Shown here piece by piece: positions 35,281 through 48,450 of a DNA stretch of 64,000 nucleotides; positions within the stretch are counted from its first letter, which is position 1; each line of letters starts with the position of its first letter. Below the pieces are notes generated by a model. The model was not told the DNA's origin, made no database searches, and saw only the letters and a list, made by a program, of their open reading frames with translations. Origin of the DNA: Anthoceros angustus (Eukaryota; Plantae; Anthocerotophyta); contig MU008156.1 of NCBI GenBank assembly GCA_010909165.1, positions 620,001 to 684,000 of the forward strand, in the 5' to 3' direction. The position numbers and the translations under genes were made by a program.

Positions 35281-38064
35281 AAACTTATTTTAGAGTAATA
35301 TTACACTCATAATATTTTATCATATTATAAGAATCTACCTATTATATAGTGACTACCTTGGGTATAAAAAGAAATTAAAAACATATTAACCATTTCACCA
35401 TTGAAAGGAGAAAACTTTATGTACATTTAGATAACTACTTCTTCAACTGATGCTCTAAAGAAGAACCTTTGGTGAGTTGCTATGGCCACATTGTCCATGG
35501 GAGTCAGCTACCAAGGGCCGTGGAGGGGAAATGGTGGCGTTTGGCGAAAGGTTTTAGTGCGGGGATGAGAGATCTTTTGCAGGGGCACCTAGTCTCTTGG
35601 CAGTCAGATTAGCCGCTCCTTTGATCCGGAGTGCATAGGAGGGTGTGGTTACATTCTTTAAATGTAGAGGCTCTAGGAGCATATATAAAAATGCTTAGAA
35701 GGAAGAATGGAAGGGTACCCATCCTTCTTGTGTTACATGATCAACAAAGAGTGATTGAAACAACTCGTGTGACTCTGGTTTTCCGGACAATGCTCCCTGA
35801 CGTCTGTGATTATCTCAAATATGTGGGCTCTATTACACCTTTTCCTAGATGAGGCTTGTGTATTGTGACTTTATATTTATAATAAAATTTCACGTTAAGC
35901 TAAAACAAAAAAGAACGTGACTTCCAAGAGAATTACATTACACTACATTACATTCGACGTTAGCTGTCAGGCTGGCGGTTCGCATGAGGGAACTTGACAC
36001 GCCCCATGACGGCAAGGATCCGACTCAGAGGGCTTTTATTTAAAAATAGGGTTTTGTTAGGTTGGTAAATCTTGCACGCGTGAGTTTTGTTGTCGTCCAA
36101 CTTTTGGGTGCTTTTTGTGGAAAGAAATCACTCTTCAGATGCTCTGAAATATAGAAAGTCATTACGTCCCATATAATACCTTTTCATTTTTATCGATTGT
36201 AGGTGACACCCCGTTCGAATACTAATTCGTCTCCTATGTATATAACTTTCTTTATTGAGCGGAAGAGATGATGAGGAGAGGCCATCTAGTAGAGGACATG
36301 AAAGGGAGACCCCAAGGGTTGCGGTAAAAAGGAGCAGCTAAGCTCCACACCTAAAGTAACCTACTACGCTGACAGTGTCATATGCAAAAAGAATGAAGGG
36401 CCTCCATACTACATAAGTAGAGGAGGATGCATCCCCTGCTGCATTATTTCTTATATTGGTTGTTTCATCTTTTTGATCTTTTAGTTCTTCTTTAGTGTTA
36501 GGTGTATGTTGTTGAGCCTTCGATTCTTTAATATTTTTATGATATTTTGTGTATGATTTAATCATTGTGGTAGGGATTTATATTTATCTTATGATGCGAA
36601 CAAAGGCTCAAGGTTTCATATTTTCTAAGTAGTTTCGCTTCCCTTTTTTCCTACGCTCTGCGTCATCTAACAAGATGTTGGCCTCACGCGCCTTTAGGGC
36701 TCTGCTTCATCCTGCGAGTTTTTGGCCACGCGTGCCTTTAGGTCCAAAGTAGCCGAGTCAAAAATCATACATTGCGGGTTGAGCTAGTTTTTAGGTTATT
36801 CTCACCTTTTCTTAGTAGAAGTAGTGACTACGTATTAACCCGCATAGCTCAAATAGTAAAGCATTTCCATGACAAGGGAAAAGATTTTTTTATCACATTT
36901 CGAGTGACATTGTTATCATTACAATGTCTGCTAGTGACACACTCCACTTTCCGGAGACGGGCCAAATTTGTCATCAGAAATGTATACATTTTGCACTTCA
37001 GTAAACTTGAAACGTTGATTTTGAGGGTTTGTGGGAAACGGCTGCTAAAAATACCACGCACAGTACACCCAAACCCATTCCACTTCATCAAAACTTGAAA
37101 TTTATTGGCAATATTTCCACACCTCGATGTCTCATGGTTAAACAAAAGAGGCATTCGGGGAGAAAAAGTAGAGATCCTTATAAATTTATGGCGTGCAAAC
37201 TAGAACATTTATTTTCACTCTGTGTCACTTTTTGGGATACATTACGACCAAAGCTACCTTTACAAACTGGCATATGGAAAAGTGTAGACTGTCATGTTAC
37301 ACAATTGGACAGAATGCATCACTAGCAAGCTCACTGTTTGTGGGCCTTAGGGTTATCCATGTAAAATACATGGAATAATATTATTCAAATATACATCCCC
37401 AAGGTACAAAGTATATGCTAATGTATACATTTCTCGCTAATAAAGTATTGGAAAACCGATATGGTGTAGTTCACAAATAACCGCCCCTCCAGTCCATGCC
37501 ATGTGACCTTGACCGTTGGCTCATAGCCACCGGCTGTCCGGTGACGAACAAAACATTCCCGAATCAGGCGTTCCCCAAACTCAAACCCCCGTTTCCGCTT
37601 CACACTACGCGGCAGACCATGGCTTGCACATCGGACGCTAAAACTTGACATACATAAAATCATGTGATTGCCGTCCCCAACTCTGACTCCAGTGAAGCCA
37701 CGAGAAAGCTATGGAGATTCTAAATTGCTGACTACCTCGCCTTCCTCCAACCCCCCCTCTCCCCTCCCTTCCCCTTCCCCCTCCCGCCCCCCGCTTCTAG
37801 TCTACAGATCGCTTGCAAAAAAAAACCTAGGTAACCCACTTCACGCTCCAATCTCCAACAGAGCTCCTCCAGTTTTGCCAAGGGTGTCCCCATCAGCCTG
37901 TCTCTGCCACATGGAACAGCCCTTTAGTGCCTACAGCGACAACCATGCTCAACTCTCAAGCGAAAAGGTAACAGAGGTAAGTGCTCACCTGCCTCCTCCT
38001 TGAATGGGGTGCCCTGAGTGGGGTGCCCTACCTGAGAACTTCAAGGAGCACATATTCAAGGCCA

Positions 38065-38945
38065 GAGCTTGGAAGCAGATGGAGGAGTCGCAACGTGCCT
38101 TGAAATCGACCACATCTGAGGATAAGCTGATGACAATCGTGAACGACTCAAGCGAAAAACCCAAAGAAGGTCGGGATCGTGTGGCAACATAGTGAACATG
38201 GCCCGGTTTGTAGAGCCCCGACCGTATGCTTGTTGTTAGACCTCCTGCAGGCTTGGATCTAGATCCCCAATCACGAGTATGACACAAGATTTACCAAGGC
38301 GAGTTTGAAGGGTCATCATGCGGTTCAAAGGCATCACCACATCCTGTATTTCAGATTGTGGTCTTCCATTCTCGGATGACACATCTATGGTGAGAGAAGT
38401 CTTGATGGGCGTGCGGTCTTTGTGACGACATGTTATTGGCATAAAACCAATGTGACAAGATTGTCGAGGACAGGGATGCGATGGGACTTTTCACTTGCGC
38501 CGCAGGAGCTTGGAAGCGGATGGAGGAGTCGCGTGCCTTGAAATCGACCACATCGAGGATAAGGCGTGACAATCGTGAGCGACTCAAGCCGGAAAAACCC
38601 AGCAAGGTCGGGATCTTGTGGCAACATAGTGAACATGGCCCGGTTTGTAGAGCCCCGACCGTATGCTTTGTTGTTGTTAGACCTCCCGGAGGCTTGGATC
38701 TAGATCCCCAATCACGAGTATGACACAAGATTTACCAAGGCGAGTTTGAAGGGTCATCATGCGGTTCAAAGGCATCACCACATCCCGGTATTTCGTATTG
38801 TGGTCTTCCATTCTCGGATGACACATCTATGGTGAGAGAAGTCTTGATGGGCGTGCGGTCTTTGTGACGACATGTTATTGGCATAAAACCAATGTAGCGG
38901 CATTGTCGGAGGGGCATGCGATCGAGGACTTTTCACTTGCGCGCG
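38065..38945. repeat. Diverged ~440-bp tandem duplication (2 units plus the start of a third)
   Basis: GAGCTTGGAAGC.GATGGAGGAGTCGC..GCCTTGAAATCGACC recurs at ~38067 and ~38507, with colinear downstream sequence. Confidence 0.85.
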
Positions 38946-40099
38946 AGCTTGGATAAGGATTGTGTGCCTCAACCGTTTGTGCTCGAGAACCGACGCAACT
39001 TGGCGGTGGGTGACAACTTTGTTTGCGAGCAGCGGTGGAACTAAAATTGTGTTACAACACTGCGGATGATCGGGTTGTTTCCCCTATCGAAGCCCTAAGA
39101 CTCTTGAAGAGGTTGATTCAATTTGTATAAAGTAGAGGAGATTGGGTCTTTGGTGGTGCGAGGATCAGTCGTATGATAGCATTTCGATTATGCCGTAATG
39201 TCATTTACATTGATGTGGATCCAGTGCGCTCAATTCATGGATCTTGAATCAATTCCATGGACGGTGGTGACGGAAGAGGAGGAGGTGGGCGAGGAGCACA
39301 GCTATGGAGGCGGAAAGACATTCAATAAGGCCCATGGTGAACAACATGGGTGCCGGGGTTCATATGTGTCGTTGAGCGAGACCAGCGAGGAAGCACGAGA
39401 CCAAGGGTCATATGGCATGTGGTGAAGCCGCAGCGACAACTCAATGGTCCTTGGGGATGCGGGCGGCAAGTGAAGGCGGAAGAGCCCCTCCTCGGGTGTG
39501 TAGCGGCCGGATGGTGGGGATGTAGGATTGGAAAACTTTGCTCCACGGATCGAGGTGTGTCGTGCGGACGGTGGATAGGCTACATGTTTGTTTGAGGATT
39601 ACGGTAGGAGGAACCGGTGTGGGGTCTTAAGCCGGACGGTAGGTGGTATCGCACTTTGGTCGGCATGCAAGGTGCTATGAACACAACAAACACATCGGTG
39701 GCAAGGTCCACAGGCGGACCTAGACAACGAACACGGTCTTTGGTGGAGCCGAAGCCGGAAGCATGGGAGTGGTGACGATTCCTGAATGTGTTCGGTGATT
39801 GACCGGGTATTGGATGAGCGAGAACATGGGCGTCTGTTGCTGCACAGTCAGGCAAGGTATGGATTTCACAGAGACAATGATGATACAGCAATCATTTCAC
39901 AGAAACAATGATGATACACTTCGAAATACAACGATGATCAACTGCTTTCACAGATAGCTGCACTAACACCTGCCTCGGTACACACATGTAGCAGTACGAC
40001 TTTCTCCAATTTTATCCTTGACCACGGTAAGTACACTGGACATGTCGGTGCTCCTTTGCCCTCACACCATTCACCTTTGCTCCAGCGGTGGTGGAATCC

Positions 40100-40440
40100 G
40101 GTGTTGATCAACACGTTACCAGCGATGTCGCGAGTTTGCACCACTCCGCCTCAACGAAATTCCTTAAGGACCAAGCAATGAAGCGGGCGGGATCACTCGA
40201 GGCGTGCTTGAAAGGAACTGCCCATGTTGTGATTGCCACGGTGCGGTCAACTTCCAATTTCCATCGCCCATGTGGAATTCTCGTTTGATGGTGTCGAGAG
40301 GTGGGGTCTCCATCGCATGCAAATATTCCGAGGCAGTGGCAAGCCACTTCCAAACGATTCGCAGACGGGGTCGCGGCTCGCGGTGTCTGAACATGAGCGG
40401 TAGGCGGTCAAAATCTTCCTCCACTCCGCGAGCATTGGGC
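40100..40440 (-). pseudogene. Possible highly degenerate receptor-like kinase catalytic fragment
   Basis: RLRIVWKWLATASEYLHAMETPPL resembles RLxIAxxxAxALxYLHxxxxPPI, and TTWAV..SSDPARF resembles the GTxGYxDPEY region. Catalytic motifs are destroyed and the match is by eye only. Confidence 0.35.
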
Positions 40441-40834
40441 GGAGATGCAAGGTTTATGCAGGCGTCCGGTGCCACCACGACCCTCCCCACTAATGCAGAG
40501 GGGTGACCATGACGGTGGACACCGACGCAACACATGTGGACTTTCCATTGCGCGTTTGCATTTTTGTTGTCCATACAAACTTGCCCTGATTTTCAAATAC
40601 TGCGTTTATAGGCAATGTACCCCGCTGGTTAGCCAAACTAATATGAGATGCGGACATACAAATATGGGAAAACAGATCTTTCTATGATTTGCTCCTAGCT
40701 TCAGGGGTTTTTTTTTATGAAATCAGGAAAACATGGTTTTGGGTGGCTTTTGTGAACCTTTCGACCCGGTGTATACCCTTCCAACTAGTGACCAGGAGCC
40801 GTCACCAGTCCCAAGGAGACCCTGTTAATGGATT

Positions 40835-41082
40835 GCTTCTATTAATTCTATGGGTGGTGGTGCATGACCGTTCTTAGTTGGTGGAGTGATTTGTCTAGTT
40901 CATTCCGTTTACAAACAAGACCTCAACCTGCTAACTAGTTATAGAAGAACCTTCTTATGGCCAACGTCTCAGAGGGACTATCGGCATCTAGCCAATGGAA
41001 GTTTGAGGTAATAACAAATCCTTGATGCCCTTAGATGTTTTGTGCCGCATGCGCGCTACTCTGATGAATTCAATGAGTTCAT
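40835..41082 (+). pseudogene. Degenerate 18S rRNA gene fragment (3'-half conserved region)
   Basis: ATTCTATGGGTGGTGGTGCATG.CCGTTCTTAGTTGGTGGAGTGATTTGTCT, GAGGGACTAT, GGAAGTTTGAGG.AATAACA and GATGCCCTTAGATGTT..GCGCGCTAC match universal eukaryotic 18S, with many substitutions. It is isolated (~250 bp). Confidence 0.9.
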
Positions 41083-42916
41083 CTGTTGTAATGAAGTGCT
41101 TTCTCACAAGATTAATTATAACCACACGTTTTTTGAAAGAGTGTATGAGTATTTGTCTTAGTGTTTAGTCTAGTGTGTACTTCGTGAGCATTAAAGAGCA
41201 GGAATACCTCCAGAAGGTGAGTTGCAAGTTGTTTGGAGCCTAATGTTGTACCAAGAGAATACCTTGAGCAGGTGGGTTGCAAGTTGTTTCGAGTCTTATG
41301 TTGTATCAAGAAAATATCTTAAGAAGGTGGGTTGCGAGTCAGTAGATAGCACACCGTTTGAAACCTACTTTTATTGTATCAAGGGAAGACCTTGAGAAGG
41401 TGGTTGGAAGTATAATCATTAGATGACATGCTATTTGGAACTTAGTGTTGTATTAAGAGTGTTAAATGTGAGGGCTCAATTCTTGGATACAATCTTTGGG
41501 TTAGGAGTGAACCTATGTAAGAAGGTAGGTTGCAAGTATTAGTAGACAATAGGCTGTTTGGAACCTAGTATTGTAACAAGAGAATGCTCTACATGATGAC
41601 GCAAATTCTTGGTTTAAGAGGGTACTGATCTCATCAATATGCTACTAAGCATTTGTCACATTGTTATTGATTACATGCATCTAAGAAAGATTATATGTAC
41701 GTAACTTAAGTTTGATGAATATCATCATAAAAATATGTATTATATTTTAAATAATTATTATAAATATTAGAGGGTAGATTCTTTAAGGTAACAAACCCTA
41801 GTTGAAATAGGTGGGTGCCTCAAGCTTTCTTGCTGGTGTACAAACTCTTGCGATAGGCAACCCTCACCTAGTATTGCAAAATGCATGTAGAAAACATTGT
41901 ACAGGGTAGGCAACCCTCGCCTAGTGTGGCAAAATGCATGTAGAAAACATTGTACACGGTTGGGAATTTTGAACACATGCTAAACTATATATAGAGGCGA
42001 AAAAGAAGAAGAAGAATTTATCCTTCCATGTGAAGGTATCCTTCCACACACAACGCTAACTAGTCGGGCTCATAGGCTCGGGTTACATATCGGGCATGCT
42101 CACATATAAGATAGAACGGACGATAGCCAAGTAGTAATGAGGCACCTACATGAAGTGATTGCCAGACAATAACAATGATTTACAAAGAGTCCTCACACAC
42201 ACAAACACACAACGACGGTGTGGCAAACCACACTCATAGTGGAGATTAAGAGTAGTGGATAACGAAACTCCATATTGTTACGTTTTCTGAAGGGACACAT
42301 TCGCTTGTCCTAGCTTAGAAACAGCCAATGTCGATGTGTCTAATGAGAGATACAAACTAAGCAAGAGTGCTTTGAGGACTTGCTTCTGGGATTGTGTGCC
42401 CTAGCTAAACAAATTGGCATACTCCTATAGCCCCGTAGCCCGTAGTGCCACTAGGGCGGGAACTATTAGCAACTATGATCGTGTGCTACTGCAATATTAT
42501 TCTTACAAGGATGTAGAACTTATGTATACATAAAAACGATGCATATATGATATTTTAGTTTACCTCGCAAAGATTAGTAAAGGTTTGAATGGGTTTTGAA
42601 ATTAGCATTAAACTAAGTCAAGACATTTTTATTTCTTTACATGTTTTCATTATGTTTGAGTCTCATGATGTCACGTGTTCTTGGCGGACTTATCTATATT
42701 TTCTTTCTTCTACTCTCATTCACCAAAAGATATTTATGCCTTCACTAATATTCATTCTTCTTTGAAGCTAGAGCTCTTGGAAGTATTTGTAACATGTTCT
42801 GCTACATGATCTTTTATTACAACTCCATATACACACCAAGGTTCATGAAAGGCTAAAATGCTATCTCATACCACATTTATCACATGCTAATACATAGAAA
42901 AAGAAGAAAATTTTTA

Positions 42917-43864
42917 TTATGATGTATAAAGGATGGTAGGTAGAACAATATACCTCTTACAAAGCGGACATTTAGTATTGTAATATAACCACTTTACGAT
43001 ACATTCTATATGAAATGGATGTCCACAAGAAGGACAAAGGTATATAAAATGTCCTTGAGGAGGGCATTCCAAACATATTAAACAAATTTCACGTGAAGAG
43101 CTTAGATTAATATTTAATCCAATATGTCTCTTACACACTCCCAAGAACTTATGATAACTCACCATAGCATCATACAAGTGGAACTCCTGAGGTAGAGATA
43201 CAATAGTCATAGGTGCAAAATTTGGCTCTGGCGGTGGAACATAAAATGCAATAAAATAATTGTTTAGATTCAATTTATGTAGGAATGTCCATTCATACAT
43301 CTCTTCTTCAATCCATTCCCACCTTAGGCCTGACATAATTCCGAAATTAGATGTATGAAAATGTAGGAGCATCATGCGCATCCCGTATCGATATCGACCA
43401 CATCTTGTACTGCTGTATTGATACAGAGCACGTCCTATACTTCTGGCTATTTCATTTTCTCGTTCTTGATTTGAAGCATGTGCGTCTCTAACTATTGGAT
43501 CATGTATTTGATTAAATCCTCGTTGTTCATTTGAAGCATCTGCACCTTCAATTATTTGATCACCTATTTGATTAAATTCAAGTTCCTGAATTGAAGCAAT
43601 TTGATTCCTTGTTTGATCAAATTCTTGTTCCTGATTTGAAGCATTTTCAATATGCCAGTTAACCTCTCCCTCTCGTTGGTCCATCATGAGAAATCTAACG
43701 CGCGAGATCATCGCTTTTATGACACACATAATACCGTGAAATCTAATGCGCGAGATCATAACTTTTATAGTACAAATAATACTGCGAAATCTAATGCGCG
43801 AGATCATTATTTTTATAATATAGATAATAATACAAAATTTAATAGTGGGCTTTATCATCATCAT
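42917..43864 (-). CDS. Intronless AT-rich RING-H2 protein (putative E3 ligase) with repetitive N-terminus
   Basis: C-terminal C-x2-C-x15-C-x-H-x2-H-x2-C-x10-C-x2-C (CLIC..CGHPFHIEC..W..CPLC) in a 315-codon ORF. The true start may be the MMDQRE ATG at ~43686. Confidence 0.7.
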   Translation of the reverse strand: MMMIKPTIKFCIIIYIIKIMISRIRFRSIICTIKVMISRIRFHGIMCVIKAMISRVRFLMMDQREGEVNWHIENASNQEQEFDQTRNQIASIQELEFNQIGDQIIEGADASNEQRGFNQIHDPIVRDAHASNQERENEIARSIGRALYQYSSTRCGRYRYGMRMMLLHFHTSNFGIMSGLRWEWIEEEMYEWTFLHKLNLNNYFIAFYVPPPEPNFAPMTIVSLPQEFHLYDAMVSYHKFLGVCKRHIGLNINLSSSREICLICLECPPQGHFIYLCPSCGHPFHIECIVKWLYYNTKCPLCKRYIVLPTILYTS

Positions 43865-44514
43865 GTTTATGATAAATAGATGAATTAGACACTACAAGAG
43901 TCTCTCACAAGAGAGAAACTACCGTGCCCTATAAAAATAGGGAGAAAGTTTGTAGAATAATATACCTGAAACAATTGTCAATACTCTACAATCTTCGTGT
44001 AAACTTTATCTCTGCTTGTTCCTAATATCCTTCAATTGATTGTCTGATACATCATGGTTATGAGCTGCATCAAGGTTTGTTCGTGACTTAAACCAAGATT
44101 TTCAATTGCCTTTCAAAGTCTACTTTCTCGCACAACTATCACATTTATGAGTTTTATCAAAGCTCAATGGTCTTTTACAAATCTATCATCAACATGATAA
44201 ATAATCGCCTAACCTCGTCTCATTTATATATGGGTAAGTAGAATCACTTTCCCTTAAAAAAAAAGATCCTTAACTTAGCTGTTACTAAAATCATTCGAGA
44301 AAAACTAAATGCATGTAGCAGAGAAAGTAAATAGCATCGATTGGACACTCTTACTACACACTATGACATACCATATGGCTTATCATTAAGAACTATAGTT
44401 AGAATTTACTGTTCTGTAATTTGTACATGCTTTACAACTTGTAGGCACTAGGGAACTTTAGGGTGGAGGCACTCCAACCTATTAGGATTTTTTGAAAATA
44501 TTTTTCTATTTTAG

Positions 44515-44750
44515 GGATATATTTTCTTAAAATAGAATATTAATATTTTATAAAATAATTTATTAGTTTAAGGATATTTTTCTTGAAATGGGACATGTGT
44601 ATAGGGAACTATATGACGGAGGTGCTCCAACCTATTAGGTTTAAAAATATTTTTCTGTCTTGAGATAATTTTTTCTTGAAATAGAATATTCAACTTTTTA
44701 TAGAATAAGTTTTGATTTTGAGGATATTTTTTCTTGAAATAGGACATGTT
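44515..44750. repeat. ~130-bp AT-rich direct duplication (GGAGG.ACTCCAACCTATTAGG...TTGAAAT.GGACATGT)
   Basis: Two colinear diverged units. Confidence 0.6.
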
Positions 44751-45566
44751 TACGGTTTTCTTCTAGGTACACAATCGGGGAATTAGTCCCCGGGCCCTCT
44801 AGAGGGTTGTTCCCCATCCCCCAGGGTAGATGGCACATCCCATCTTTGTATGTTTATCGGTTATACCTCAATACTTAAAATATCTATTCACATATATATA
44901 CTAGCAGTTTACACTAGAGTACTTCACACGCACGGTGACGGGTGGGTATTCAACTTATGGAGCTTCATAAAATTATTTATAATTAATAGAAAAATTAATA
45001 TTGATCATCCTCAATTGTTTGTCTTCAATTTCTGACGAGTGGTTTAAGGAGAGGTGAGTTTTGATGTCGTGATGAGTTGATTGCAGAGCGGTGGGCAATC
45101 TCCGTCCTCCGCATAGTCGTTGATCACCCGCGGTGTCTCCCTCGCACAGTGCGGAGCAACAGTTGCGCACAAAGCCATCCACGAGTTGGAGGAGACAAAA
45201 AAGTTGCAAATCCCATTATTCAACTGTGAAATGTTGTAGGTTCGAAGCAAGTAGTGTTAACTACTCAAGAATTGAGACTCCTCAGGCGATCTTCCGACCC
45301 ATCCACTACAAAAAAAAGAATTCGAACTCCTAATTCTGTGAAAGCTAGAGGAAACAGCACAGCGTCTCATTGAGAGACCTGGCTACAGGGAATTTAGTTC
45401 AGCTGCAGTGGCAATACAGACCACAGAGACCAGGCACTCGCTTTGCTCCATACTTCTCCTGTATTCTCCAGCTGTTGAAGTACTCGGCCTCAGACGCGCA
45501 GGTGTTAAGGGTGAATGCATAAACGAACAGCTCGCTGCCGCGGTATCAACGTTCTAAGGAACATCA

Positions 45567-47064
45567 CTACGAGATTTGAGCCATCAGCAGTACTGCAACA
45601 GCGAATATCCACCTGCATGAAATGCTTGCAGGCGTTCCAGCTCCATTCTCGTGATGCTGCCAGTCCTCAAGTCCAACCATTTAGCACTAATCAGGTCATC
45701 ATCCCATCTAGCATTTCTCAGGCACACGTGCTGACGAAGTGAAGACACTCTTACCGGTGGTGGTGGTGGAGACCTCACGGTTCTCGGTGGGGGTGGAGAT
45801 TCTGGTGCACCGGGACTCGTTGATGGCAGTGGGGTCAGTGGAGCTGCCGATTGAGGTGAACTTGGAGGAGCAGATTCCGGAGTTGCTGTTGGAGGAGCTC
45901 CGGGAACTGCCGCCTCCGGTGAACTTGGAGGGGTGGAAGCCGGAGTTGTTGTTGGTGAAGCTTCCGGAGGACCTGAAGGAGCAGATGCCGGAGTTCCTGT
46001 TGGTGCAGCAATTGGAAAAGAAGGTGGACTGGAAGGAACAGATGCCGGACTACCTGTAGGTGCAGCTACTGGGACTCCCTCGGAGGGTGGACCAGAAGGA
46101 GAAAATGCTGGAGTCTGTGTTGGTGGAGCTACAGGAACTGACGCAGAAGGAGCAGTTGCCGGACTGCCTGTTGGTGGAGCGATTGGAACTGTCACAGGGA
46201 AGTTTCCGAAGGGGGTTGGACTCGAGGGTGCAGGGGATGTACTTGGCACAGTACTGGGTGGACTTAGTTGCGGCGGAGGCGTTGAGATACTTGGTGGCTT
46301 GGATGGGCTACTCTGGCGTGGGGCCCTGGATTCAGGGGCGGGGATGGCGGGAGCGGGGGTTGAAGAAGGGGTACCTGCGGGATTCGGATTCACCGTGATA
46401 GCCACTTTCTGTCCTGCGGTACAGTGAGTACCAGTGTTCTCGATGGGCTTGTCACATGCGAAGTAGAATGTGCCTGAAGATCTTGCCTGCCACTGCAATT
46501 CGGATGTTCCGAAGAGAGTCAGGATTTATAAATCCTGGCAGGTGCTAACTGCCGTACCAACCATTTGCGTTGCGCAATTGGTCATTCATCTCCTTATCTC
46601 CTGAAAAGACTGACACAAATCCATGTACACATCGATAGAACTTACCACGTAAGTGCCACTGGAGCCATCATCAAGCTGTGTTGCCTGCGTGAAGTCGCAT
46701 CTTTCATAAGCTTGCTCCGAATTGAGCAGAACAACGCTATGGTATCCTGGTGAGGATGTGAACACTGGAGGACGATGTGCAGATCGGTTAGGTCCGATTA
46801 TTTGTTGTGGCAAATCTCTACACCTCCAAATGAAACCACTACGTATATGAACATACCTAGCGAATCGCCAACCACGATGGATTGGGCAGCAGCCCATGTG
46901 TTGTAGTCCGGCACACTGTTTTGCATCATATCCCAATCCGTCCAGCCCGGAAGGCCACCCACTTCGAACACTTCGGCATCAGTTGATTTGGTGACCAAAG
47001 ACAAAACGAGGAACAGCAGTACCACCCGAAGGCAGCGACTGCTCATCGAAATTCCTGAAGACAT
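45567..47064 (-). CDS. Stellacyanin-type phytocyanin with a Pro/Ser/Ala/Thr-rich AGP-like domain and a predicted GPI anchor
   Basis: Signal peptide, VGGLPGW..DYNTWAAAQSIVVGDSL, copper ligands H(SV)..C(D)..H(C)..Q(K), ~240-aa PAST region, and last exon HHENGAG..WIFAVAVLLMAQIS*. Confidence 0.88.
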
Positions 47065-48450
47065 GGCCTGCATGATTTCAAACAACACGATTGCTATGCG
47101 GCTGCAGAACACGGAGCACGACTGGACGAAGCTCTGGAGGATCTATACCACACAGTTCACACTCACTGAGACCACACTTTCTGCAATGAAGAAAACTCTT
47201 GTGCTCTACAATGCTGTCCCAGCGCCACATGAAACGCTGTGCTCAAGCACAAAATCAAAAGATCTACGTACAATTGACGTCTCTTCCTCTTATTCCTTCC
47301 GAACAAGGAACAAATCAACATCTATGCGTCATAGATCCTTATACTACCTATCCTTAGGACCGCAGACACCAACAGGTCACACGGAGTAGGAACAGCAGCA
47401 AGCAGTGCAGCGCGAAGCACGTCGAAAACTGAAAATGCAGCCTGCAGGGAAAGCTAACCGTTAGAGCGGGAATGCCGAAGGCCTTGGTCCCGCACCCGAA
47501 ACGCAACCACAGCAGGCCAAAATGCAGGCCACAGTCGATGACGATTATGAACTTCGGCCGGATGCCGTCTCAAGCTCAGATCAGCTTCTCCTCACCGACA
47601 ACCAGCTGTTCTTGATCGAATCTCGACAAAAATCTGAGAATCAGCGCCCGGCATAAACAAACCTTCTCAAGCTCACCAGCTCCACAACAGACGTCACCTC
47701 CGCGCCACATGCAGACCTCTAAACGTCCAACACAACTCCAAGCAACAAGAAGCGAAGCAGGTCGCCAGGCATCGGATCAAGCTCCGCCCGATCGCTGTTA
47801 CCTTAATATGCAGAAGCCGAGCCCGGGCAGAGATGCGTATGGAAGCGCCTCAAGATCGAGAAGCTTCCCGACGCAAGAGCGCAAGGCGGAGCGGCGCGGA
47901 GGCGCGCGAGCGTGAAGCCAAAAGCGGGAAGGACGTCACGTCCCCATCGCTGTGTCGGGAGACAGCTAAACGGTAGCCTGGTCCCCTTGGTCCAATGGGG
48001 AGGTCCCGTGGACAGTTAGGTTAAGGACAACGATTACGCAGCTGCCGGTAAGGGGGACGTGAACACAACTGCGTCAGGTTTGCGTTACGCAACAACCTCG
48101 TGAGCCGATTCCAGGCCTGCGCGCCTAGACGCTGACAGCCCCTGCCAGCCTCTGCCTGTGTTCATAACGTGGTACGCTGTCTCATCATCATCACTGCGGC
48201 TGGAATTGCACTGCCCTGTCGCGTGAAATGAAACCAGGCACCTAAGCGTTAACTATTAACTTCGACATGTTACGTAAGTTAGTGTTAACTTGAAACCGCT
48301 GCGGTGCATCCGCAAGTTAGTTAGCTGAGTTAGGACAGGGAACCTTGGGCTTGACCTAACTGGTGTTGGTGTGAGTGGTCGAGGGAAACGTCGGTTCGCT
48401 TGACCCTTCGTGGAAGTGGGACACATCTCCTGCATGGCTTAGCTGCGAGA

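Noticed and set aside
35470-35915. Possible L1-type LINE 3' end with an A-rich tail
   Set aside because: Only vague similarity and no diagnostic motif, so it was not called.
44895-44945. Possible Helitron 3' terminus (CTAG plus nearby GC-rich stretch)
   Set aside because: The putative hairpin is not a proper palindrome and no 5' TC end or helicase remnant was found.
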